Below, in pieces: positions 24,379 to 34,590 of a stretch of 34,590 nucleotides of DNA. The notes beneath the pieces are model-generated. The model was given only the letters and a program-made list of their open reading frames with translations, did no database searches and was not told the origin of the DNA. The position numbers and the translations under genes are program-made. Within the stretch, counting starts at the first letter, position 1. Each line of letters starts with the position of its first letter. Source of the DNA: Klebsormidium nitens (Eukaryota; Plantae; Klebsormidiophyceae); contig DF237721.1 in assembly GCA_000708835.1 (NCBI GenBank), forward strand, positions 1 to 34,590, read 5' to 3'.

Positions 24379-27300
24379 ATGGCTACAGCCGAGCGCCCGA
24401 CGTTGGCTCTCTTGGGAACAGGGATTTTTGCAAAGGATGCCTACCTGAAATTTCTAGGAGTGTTGTCGGGAAAGTTCAGCTTGTTATACGTTTGGAGCCG
24501 ATCAGAGGTTTGTGTCGTCTTGATCTTTGAGCCTCAAATCCTCTAATCTGCTCTTGCTTCAGCCAAGCTACTTCGGATCTCCTTGGAAGTTTCAACAGCA
24601 AGTTTTTAATGGTGGTCAAACGAAAAGTTTTGTGGACACTCCCTTTGCACTGCTGCCAGTAAAATCAGAAAGTTATCAGCGTTAGTCTCTTTGCCCCATA
24701 ATATGCTTTGATATCCCAGAAAGCTAACTGCACTGGCTGGATCTTTACGAGCTTATTTCCGAGAGAATGCCCTTTTGCCAACTCTCTAGAAATATTTCTC
24801 ATCATCTGGTATCAACAGGTTTAGAAAGCAAGCTGCTTAGGCCAGAGTATTCGAACATACATGCCTGATTCAGCTCCTCGAAGCCCCTCACTTGTGGACC
24901 AAAGGAACAGTATCACGTAGCGGACGGGAGCTGACTGGTCTGGTGTCGCTTGTTGCTTCAGGCTGGCGCCGTACAGTTCACTGGCCTCGTGAAAGACTTC
25001 GCTCCAGGAGCTAAGGCCGTTTGGGGCGACCAAGGTTTGGACACTGTTTTTGACAGCCCTGTCCATGCGGTGGCGATTGTTCTGCCCGCTCAAATCCAGG
25101 TGAGAATCACTGTACATATTGCTTCTCTGGATCCTATAATCCACTGTTGAGTTGATGGGGCACAAGCTTGGGCTTCTTGCTCATTGTCAACACGGTAGGA
25201 AGGACAGATGCAACCGACTCTCCCTGCTCCCATTTTTGCAAGGTTGGGGCTTCTACTTGATTGTGCGTCGACAGTTCTGTGCCAAACAACAACTTAACCC
25301 AGAAGAAGGCTGCTGAAATTGACAAGCAGACAGCAGATGCATCAGCGATTGAGACAGATACAATTGCGGTTTGCTTTTGACCGAAGCAGGAGTGGCGATG
25401 ACCGATGGCCGAATTCATATACGCCTGAAGCAAGAGAAGGTAAGAATGGAAAAGTGGGTCGAGTGAGCTTGGATATGGGTGTTGACATTTGACTTGACTG
25501 CTCCTTGCAGCCGGCGCTTGTGGCACGAGCGCTTCAAGCGAGAAAGCATGTAATCCAAGGTGCGGACTTGTCAGAGAATCGGAGAAAGTCATCCACAAAA
25601 TAGACGAATATATTGATTCTGATCAAAGAGTCACCCTCAGAATCATCCTGGAAGTGAAATCGAGGAATTCGCTACATCGTGGAACTCGTTCCATCACCTG
25701 CCTAAGTAGACTTCTTCAAAATGCACCAATGGGAAATGCTCCATGGAAGAATCCTAAATTGTTGAGACTGGCAACCCCTGCTTTTGAAGCCGTTTGACAC
25801 CGCTGTCTTCTTGTTGACTTCCGGACGACGCTAGCTTTGTTCGTTGTTAACTCTCGCTTCATTTTAACAGCGCCCTGACATGCGCTCCTCTTCTTTGCAG
25901 AGAAGCCTGTGGGCGTCAGTGAGTCCTCTTCAGCTCGAATTTTTTTTCTGTTGCTTGAAAGACCTATCTTTTCTGGCCTTCCTTGACCTTTTGTAAAGAT
26001 AGGTTGACTACAAGGGGAAAAGCTCCCAACTCTCACTCTCAGAATGCTCCGTCCCGATCAAAACAGGGTACAGTCGTTGTTCACTGCTGGCTCGATATCC
26101 TTCTTCCTTCGTTGAAAAATCATTGCTCTCTACCCAAGCGTTCTGTAGCACACGGCCGTTGATCCAGCCATGGTTGGATATTACTCGGACCTCATTTTTC
26201 AGTGACACCCCTCTGTCGCCTCTGTCGACCTTGGAAAGAGAGGTGCTTCTCGGGCCAGTACCTTTCAAGATCGTTTCGATGCTCCTTTCCGTGGTACTTT
26301 ACTTCCGTCATCGTAAGGCTTTTTGTAGGCATCGGCGCTTTCTAAATACGAGAGGCTCGCGTCCTTGACATGCTTTCCAAGTTAGGAATTGCTTTCCATT
26401 CAATTTAATTTAATTCGCGAAACCTATCTTTTCATTGACGAGCATGCTTTCCACGTTCGACGAAGTAATGATTCGAAGTGGATTCAAGAGTTCACTGTCG
26501 CTTACCGATCCTGAGCAATTGTTTCGTCGCTCGACCACTGGGAAACTTCGTTTGGAACCATCAGACATTGCAATGCTGTAAATCGAAGCCGAAACTCTGC
26601 CTGCCTTTCTTCCACTCCGTCCAACGCCGTTGAAGCAACCTGCTTTTCTTTTTATCTCCAGACGCCGCTCACGTGTTGGAGACGCTCAAGGTCTACAAAG
26701 ATCTGGCGGCCAAGCTAGGCCCCACGACACCTATCTGGGCTGTGGCCGAGAACTACCGGTTTGAACCGGCGTTGCTCGAGGTACGAAGTTGTCAACCAAA
26801 CCACCTCAAGCCCACCACATGTCCTTGCTTTTGCCAGTTCTCTTTCCGCTTGTTGTGTCCTCGATTCTCTCTTCCGTTCAGCGGAAGAGGCGAACGCTAA
26901 GTGTGCAGGCTGCTCGCTACTTCAAACTCAACCTTTTCGGGTCCATCATTTCCTAGCGTACGATATGCTGGCACACAACCAGACGCGTATTTGCATATTT
27001 CTGCAGAGACGAGTTCTTACCTGTGCTTTCTTGCCCTCCCTTGCCTTCTTGAGCTCGCTTCTCTCCAATGGGGAAGCATCTTGCCGTCTGTTCCTGCAAT
27101 CCACACATCCCACGTGTTGTCTAACTTGGAAGACGGCTCAAGCCATGCGCCTAGTTGTCGTGGTCCTGTTTGATTTCAGATACGACAGAAGCAATCCCTC
27201 ACTCCTGCATTTCTATCGATTGACGTTTCACCTTTGCCGAGGTCCTCTATTATCCTCAAGATGCTCTCACAAGCTTGCCTCTGCTCTGGCAAGCCGTGCC

Positions 27301-30300
27301 TGTCCAGGATTCACTACCTGTTTCTACAATAGAGTCTGGCTCATATAGCACGAGTGATTGCATTTCCAGAGCTTTGCAGTGTCAGAGCTAGTTGGTGATA
27401 GAGGTTTTTACGTTCACAGGCTGCCCAGTTGGTCCAGCAAGCCGGCGACATGATGGCCGTCCAGATGACGATCGAGACCCCTATGGCCAAAACCAACGGA
27501 TACTTCCCACGACCTGACAAATGGCGGGGCGATCCCGCTTTTACAGTAAGGTTCTCTCTTCAGCTGTTGGATCCGATGGCAGGAGAACTCGGACTGCACT
27601 TTGCATTCCCAGAACCCCGCACCGCTTGGTACACAACGTGCTTGCGACCGGTTCGTACTACGTCAAGGACTCGATGGCGGTCAGGCCCATCCCTCCATCT
27701 TTGCAACTTTCGAGGGCCGATATACAGGCTGAAAGCCGCTATAGTAGGTCGCCAGCAATCCGCCATGTCAAACCTCGCCCGCAGTGACCGTACCAGACCC
27801 TTTTCCTCGCGCACGGACTCCCTCAGAGTGTGCCAAGCGGTGTGGGGGTCCTGGACTGATAAACTTCAGTTTGCGTCCAATTTCTCCGTTCTGTCAGACT
27901 TTTGAAAGTGTCTTTATGCCCGTCCATTCAGACAGCGCAAAGCGGACCCTCGCAAGGATGCGGCCCGTGATCGAAGAGGTCCATTGGCGCGACAGGACGT
28001 CCTCTGTCTTTCTTGAATGACTCTCTTGCACGAATCAGTCCTCACCAGCACTCCCCGGAAGTTTAAATAACATGGGGTCCTTCTTCAGTACTCCGGAGCA
28101 GATTTACCAAGCAGCATAAAGACTGACACCTTTCGCATGTCGTCCTGTCTACACAGGGAACGTTCTTTACTGACGGGGCTGTCCACTTCGTTGCCGGCTT
28201 ACGACTGGTAAGCTTCTGCCGTCGAAATCGTTTACACTCTCTGTCATAACCCTTCTGTATCTACTAAGCGCACCATACTCGAACCAGTACCACTTTGTCA
28301 GAAGTGAGGAAACTCGTTGGGACACTTCCTGCATGTGGTCCAGATCGTTGCTACCCCTAACGCCGTTGAGACGCCATGCAAAGTGTCGTTTGCTGCAAGC
28401 GACCCTGTTAGACTTTTCTGTTACTCGATACATTACTCGATACTGATTGCAGCACCTTGATCGCCCGGAGTCTCGGACAAGCTTTCTGCTTAAGGTGGTT
28501 TCTTTGCACAAGCCCAGAATGGACTAAAATCGGATGGTGTATCGAAGTGGAAACGAAACTATCAATGAAACATAACAGACGATGACAGTAATTTTTAGCA
28601 GGTAACAGTGGCTCTCGAGAACCGAAGGTCTGCCGAACACCAACCCTCTTTACTGCCACTCGGGGTCAGAAGTACGAAGTCAAATGCTGGTAAGGTAGTG
28701 GACGGCGACGATCCGTTCCGTTCTTTACAGCGGTGTCCAGAGAAAGCCATGCGCTTGCGTCAAAACGATACAGAGACTACGCTGGTAACGCTCTTACAAT
28801 TTGTGCAGATCAGCGGTCAGGAAGTAACGTCCGTTTCCGCGCTCGCCTCCAACGTTGACAAGGACTTCCCTTGGCCCGACACGCTATGTGGTGTTGCGTG
28901 AGTAGCTTCAGCTTTCCTACTCGTTCTACTATTTATGGACTACTTCAGCCTCCCTCCGAGCAGCTCCCCATGACTCACGTACAATCACCATTTGGCAGTG
29001 GCTTCTTGACTTTATCGGCAGTCTTACAAGTAACATCCCACGGACAGGTAAAGAGGGCTCGACTTACGCTCTTCTTGCATGCCAGAACGAGGGTAATCAT
29101 GGCCAAGCGCATTTCGTGTGTGCAGAAAACTATACAACGGCGCCCCTTGCAGCATCCTAATTTCTTATGGTGCCCGCGCAAGAAACGTGAGTATCTCGAA
29201 GCCGTCTCGAAGTCCAACCCTTTTTCTTTCAACTCGATGATAGATTGGCTTCTGCTAAAGTTGAATATGTATTTTGGCAGGCCGAAACATCGAGTAAGGT
29301 CACGAAAAAGTTTCTCAACAGTATAACGAGGTTGCGTTTTTGTGTCAACGGGGGGTTTCTCGTCTACGAAACGATTCTCAAGGAAGTGCGGCTGTCGTGC
29401 CCACCTCCCTGTTCCCTCCTGTCAGTGATGCCGCTTGGCGGTTTTAACTTCTTCATATCGGCTCACAGATATGCACCTCTCGTCAGATTTAGTCGACTTT
29501 CAGCATCGCCAGCGGAACTCCATGATTACGTTGCTCGCGCCCGGGTAATTAGAAACCTAAGTTTGCCGATCACTCTGTTTCATGTTCCGTTTTTTGATGA
29601 TTCCACTGGCCAGAAATCGCGTTCGCGGTGTGTTCCGAGCTCAACGTGCGTTCGACTCTGAAGCCGTCCCAGAAGGTGTCTGACCGTCGTCACCGTGTCT
29701 TCAAGCAGTATTCAATCGAACCTACTTTGATCCGATCCCTGCAGATAAGGTGGCGTGTCATTGCCAGCAACGGAACAGTAGAAGTGGAGCGAGGGTCGCT
29801 GGACGGAAAGCACGGATACACGGTAAGCGATCATGGTCTGCTAATCGTTCGGCTCTCCTTTTGCTTGTTCTGTCTCATTTTCGCGTGTTTCCTGCCTGGC
29901 AATGCGGACGGCGGTTTGAGGCCTTTCGGTACCGTCGACGTTTTGTACCGAAGAGGATTCCCGCGTTAGTGTTAGGTTGCTCATGCGATTCTTTGGGTGG
30001 AATAACACTCTACTACTAAATAAATTCCTTATTTCCGACGGTGCTCTCGTTACCAACGAGTTCCACTCGCTTTTCGCAGGGAAGCCTCTCTGCTTGCTGC
30101 TTGTGTAGCAAATTCGCAAGGCTCTGCTCACATCTCTACGCTCGTTGTTAGGTTTCTGTGATGACTTTAGGACACAGAATTCTATCAGGCCCATCGCCAA
30201 AGGTCGCAAGCACAGGTGCGACGGACACTCTATCATGTTGCAGTATGCTGAAAGGAAGTAACACTCTCTGCAGACGCGGCTCTTCACTCCTGACGGCGTG

Positions 30301-31079
30301 AAGACCGAGAAGTTCCACCCGTTCTCCGGGGTACAAGACGAGCTGGACGCCTTCATTGCAGACGTCCAGACAGCCATTACCAAAGTAAGATTGAAAGAGT
30401 TGTTTGCATGTTCTTTTTGCGTGGAGTACTTCTGTTAGCCGAGCCTCGTTCGGATTGCTTGCTTTGATGTTTCTCCATGTGACGCCCGCAAGTATAGTGA
30501 CGAGGACTGAGGTCCGGGCGATCTGGCGCTTGGAAAGGCGTCACAAGGGTCGTGTTGATCAACGGTACCTTTCTGCCGTCCGGCCGAAATAACCCGGCCC
30601 AAATTTTCGAGTCCCATTTTTACCCGATCAGTTACGACCGACCGGCGACTCGGAACTTTCCATAAAGTCAGCGATCCCTTTTCTCGCAACCACGTGGCAT
30701 CCCGCTCTTGTAAGTCGTCCGAACCAAACGAAGCCAGATTTTACAAGACTTGGCAGCCACCCTTGTTGATCCAACTCCATGTCACCCGAGACCAAGATAG
30801 GAACTATCGGAATCTGCTTCCCTTTCCGACGGATCCGGACTCTTGCAGGAGTTGAGAAGTATTTCTTGCTTGCGCGAGATCTACTTGTCGCAGCTGCCTT
30901 TGGCCGAGACGGACATCTCCGTGGTGTTTTGTTGGCAGGGCTCTGTTTCTCAGCATCCTCGAGGCTCGGCTGTCGAAGGCCTGAAAGACCTGGCCGTCGT
31001 GGAAGCCGCTTTGAAGTCAAGCATCAACAACGGGACTTGGCAAAAGGTTGACTCAATAGACCAAATACTTTACTGCTAA
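24379..31079 (+). CDS. Gfo/Idh/MocA family NAD(P)-binding oxidoreductase, about 369 aa. Exons: 24379-24507, 24962-25099, 25511-25559, 25901-25918, 26662-26780, 27420-27545, 28157-28207, 28809-28897, 29126-29186, 29745-29822, 30274-30384, 30939-31079
   Basis: Rossmann start TLALLGTGIFAK...VWSRSE, then KHVIQEKP, IWAVAENYRFEP, FTDGAVHFVAGLR, HPFSGVQDEL and EGLKDLAVVEAALKS. This matches the plant Gfo/Idh/MocA subfamily as I recall it from Arabidopsis At3g20790. GT-AG introns, 1110 nt in frame. Confidence 0.9.
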
Positions 31080-32207
31080 CTTATCCTTGTTGTGACGATA
31101 GCCGTTGTTGCTGTTCATTCGCCGCAGTTTTCCAATCTATAAAAGTTCGAGAGCTCCTGAACTGTCCAAGAGTAAAGTCCTGAGGACGTTTCCTCGAGTA
31201 ACTTTGTTTTGAGCTGCATAAGTTCTCCCAACGAATTCCAGGCACGAATGCGGTAGTGTACTGTTTATGTTGTGTCAAACCTAGTGTGCAGTTTGAAGGT
31301 CTCGCCTCTGCCGGCCATCTCACGACTCCAAAGCTTAACGAGTATGCCGTGGGTTCAAGTGATCGGGCTCCAAGCCAGCATGTATATCACTGTGCGTGAA
31401 TTTCACGATTCCGCACTTCCGAGTCATGACCATGTGCTGCTCTGTCCCTTGGTTGGCCCTGTATATATATAACTCTGGATCCGCGTTGTCAATCGATTGC
31501 CGCGCAATTCAAACCGATCCGGATCCGACCCGCAGGCATGGCATTCTGCATATAGGCGTCCATCTTTGAATGCTTCTAATTGTCCGACCTGGTTCTAGCA
31601 ATGTACGTATACGCATGCCAGGACACTAGCAATTCTTGGACTTCAACCGATGCGTCGCATTGAAATCGTGAGACTGCTCTTTGAACTTGCTCGTATACAC
31701 GATTTGGCTCGATTATAGACCGTACCGATCCGACCGGCCAGTGCATGTCGATTGAACATATATATCGATTCGACGGTCGACATGTCCGAACTCAGGTATA
31801 CTAGCTTGCGAAGCTAGTACGGCGTATTACGGCATGTGATGGGCAGCACAGTACGTTAACTCGAACTTAGGTGGACGGCATGCTGGTAATCGTGCACTCT
31901 GGCACACCACGACTGTGCGCATACTGAGCGCGTTGCAGATCCTTAGTAGACAAATGGATGTGCAATGTGTACACAGCTCAATTGAGGCGTATTCGGACGT
32001 ACGATGCAGCCAAACGATAGGGGACGGTCTTCAATGTTTGGATCTAGCAGCAATTCACCGACTAGACTGTTCCCAGATTGTCGGCACTGTTTAGGGGAGA
32101 TTTCAAGCGAGCAGAAGCAAATATACAGGTCCAAACTTCTACGGACTTCTACCAATGCGGTTGCGACCAGAACGTTCAACCTTCAGCCATCGGCCGGTGT
32201 GCAGTTA

Positions 32208-34325
32208 CTAGCCCTTCTGAGCCTTCCTGTGTTTGTTATATGAGCATTGGTTCGAAAGCTTCCAGCAACACCTATTACATGCGTTATTAGAGCAAGCTTT
32301 GGCCGGCCGGTTTCTGCAAACCTCCCCATCTGTTGCTACCCCGCAAAAGTCGACATCAGAGCTTCCCACGGGTTTGACGGTAACCTTGGTTTGACTTACC
32401 GAGTGGGTGTGTGCATCTTGCTCGTGGCTTGGCGTTCAAGGGCTACCTTCTCGGCCCTATCTCTAGCTTCGAGTTCAAGCCTTTTCGCCCTCTCTTTGGC
32501 CTCAAGCTCGAGTTGTTTCCGCATGGCCACTTCCTTGTCCCAAGCAAGCTTTTGTTGCAGGAGCACCTCATCCAACGTGATGGTATCCGGATCCTGCAAA
32601 AGTAGTCCGGGTACGATTTGTAAACGAACGTTCCGCTGGGGACTACTTTCCGGCTTTTGATGCGGGTGCCTTTGCCAGCCGCCTTTGTCATCTCCGAGAC
32701 AAGTTCTTCAGATCGAAGATCGAACTACTGGTTTCTGAAAGGAAAATCCAGAAAGGAGCGAGGATGCAGCCAACAAACACGCAATGAAACAGGATAATAG
32801 CCTGCAGAAGAGAACCTTGACACGACGCTGCAGATCTCCCCATTATCACGATGACAGAGAAGTTCGATACAAGTAGCTAACAACGATTTTGAAAGATGTA
32901 AGAGTACCTACCAACAGATTAATATGCGTGCATAACGGCAAAGCCGCCTTACCTGCACGTATTTGTCAATCGACTCCTGGTGCGGAACGCTCCTTTGCTC
33001 AAAGCCCGCTTCTTGTAGCGCCCTGAGGACTTCCCTTTTCCTCCTCCTCAACAGCTGCTCCCGAACTTGCGCCTCGACCACCTCAGAAAGCAACCCCATG
33101 CAATGTATGAGGTCCGGTTCCCCTCTCAAAACGTGCACACCGTTTGCGACGTCGGGCGGAAGGCCTGCCCCATGGAGCGTCTCCTTGCTCAAGGACGTAT
33201 TTTCCAAATTGAAACGCCATGGATACTCGTCAGCAATTCTGACGTGAGGACCTCCTTCGGACACAAACGATGGCCACTCCTCTTCCAACTCTGCCAGCCT
33301 GTCTGCGACTTGGATCATTTGATCTAGCTCTAGCTCATCGACCAAGCTTTGCCCTTCTTTGTAGCTCAAATTCGCCTCCTCAACTACATGCTCGGTAAGG
33401 AAAGCAACAGCGTTTGATGATTTCAACCGCAACATCTCCCCAGAATCTTCAACCTGGGTGCCGGACTGCCGGGCAGGATACCCTGCCACTCCCAACACAA
33501 TGTGACCACCAAGACATACAAACCCGGAGACCAAGACGCGCTCTGGCTGCTCCTCAGACTTTGGCTCCGATTCTGCCCCCGAGTCCGAGACAGAGTTGCA
33601 CGCGTTCCATCTTGACTCTGCTCTACAATCAGGGTGTATGTCTTCAACACAATCGAGATACAACGTTTCATAACACGTGTACGCTTGGGGTACGTCCTCA
33701 GCTTTCAAAGGAAAGACTAGCTCTTTGCAGTAAGGACACACAGCGCCTCCCCATCACCGGCCGGTGTCGAGTGGGTTTGCTGTTCTTGCAAAAGCGCGGC
33801 AGCCCCACAAGCGCGAGAAGAAAGTAAGTTTGGAGTCCAGCACGGACAATCTGAGCAACCATCGGAAGGAATGTGCGAAACAGGGGCAGCTCAAAGTGAC
33901 TCGCTTCAACACCTGTTCTTCTAGCCTCCAGCCCTCAGTCTCTACTCAGGAACAGCGTTAGTAAGTGTAGCCCTTGCCTGTTTGCATACTGCTCCCAATG
34001 GAACAATGTCCTTTGGATGAGGCCCCAGCTTGGCAAATATCTGCTGCAGGAGTTCAGGGGCAAGAGCAGGCAGTGCCACACGCGCATCTGCAATGCTGCA
34101 AGTATCGGCTGCAGCCCCTTCCTCCCTCCCCAAGGAAGATTCCAAGGTATCCTGGACTTGGCATTGCGTTCTAATCGAGCTCACAGCGTCCAAGTACTCC
34201 TGGCCCGTGGGGCGCTCATCTCTGTTCAGCGGTGCACGGACTTCAAGGGGCGGCAACCTCCTACGAGAGGAGCGCGCCGGCCAGCCCCCGGAGCCCTTCC
34301 TGGCTGTTTGCTTGGCCCTCACCAT
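32208..34325 (-). pseudogene. F-box-like gene with a histone-H3-tail-like N-terminus and a C-terminal Cys-rich finger; probably disrupted or alternatively spliced. Approximate blocks: 34325-33978, about 33940-32953, 32593-32400, about 32345-32208
   Basis: F-box-like LPALAPELLQQIFAKLGPHPKDIVPLGAVCKQ, then AVCPYCKEL...SGFVCLGGH, an R..L.AL..AG...YV / TLDEV block, a coiled coil (KQLELEAKERAKRLELEARDRAEK) and a Cys-rich tail. An in-frame TGA at 33754-33756 precedes the CPYC block, and the terminal finger is one base out of frame with the coiled-coil exon unless spliced. Confidence 0.55.
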
Positions 34326-34590
34326 CCTTCGTGCAGTGGCTAGAGGGCGCCTGGGTGACTTTCTGATTACACCTCTGCTGAATGCAGCAGGAATGGTGCA
34401 TTCATGCAGCCTTAGCCCCAGCTGCTGAGAACACAATGTAAAAAGTGCACTTGAAAGAAGTCGAGCTTACCATCGGACAGCTATAGCATGATGCTCTCGG
34501 ATAACCGTGAATCCTACTCCGGATTTTGCCAACTCCGGATTTTCGGCTGACATTCATCGATGAGGACTCCAAGCCCCGGTCACTCCCCGC

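Noticed and set aside
29841-30383. 180-aa minus-strand ORF inside the oxidoreductase gene
   Set aside because: Its 5' part is antisense to exon 11 and the rest is intron with no recognisable motif.
30560-30720. Possible MITE in the last oxidoreductase intron (CG-rich, acgaccgaccggcgactc)
   Set aside because: No terminal inverted repeat pair or TSD could be found by eye.
31799-31825. Helitron 3' end
   Set aside because: The hairpin is AT-rich and is not followed at the usual distance by CTRR|T; no 5' TC end or Rep/helicase found.
32443-32760. Alternative exon FDLRSEELVSEMTKAAGKGTRIK... in the F-box gene
   Set aside because: Weak acceptor context. The 32593 acceptor (ctacttttgcag) is stronger and continues the YVQ-DPDTITLDEV motif and coiled coil. 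Not excluded without RNA data.
34272-34325. True histone H3 or CENH3 gene
   Set aside because: No KxxRKS/K27-K36 region or histone fold follows; the frame continues into an F-box-like motif.

Overview
Intron-rich eukaryotic genomic DNA from a plant-lineage organism. A Klebsormidium-like streptophyte alga is my inference, based on plant-type proteins, 230-1000 nt introns and a CCCTAAAA (TTTTAGGG-type) repeat. Three intact multi-exon genes could be assembled by hand with continuous reading frames: Mediator subunit 15a (8 exons, minus, with a 336-N gap in a Pro-rich exon), plastid-type ArgJ ornithine acetyltransferase (16 exons, minus, one GC-AG intron), and a head-to-head Gfo/Idh/MocA oxidoreductase (12 exons, plus, with an 18-nt microexon). 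At the right end is a minus-strand F-box-like gene. Its N-terminus (MVRAKQTARKGSGGWPAR) mimics the histone H3 tail and its C-terminus carries a SHI/STY-type Cys spacing, but it appears to have reading-frame lesions. A gene-poor 7.8 kb interval holds a 256-bp MITE, an interstitial telomere-like tract, a G-box/ABRE cluster and orphan ORF fragments. Three patches dense in short perfect palindromes each sit just downstream of a gene 3' end. All exon calls are manual and lack transcript support.
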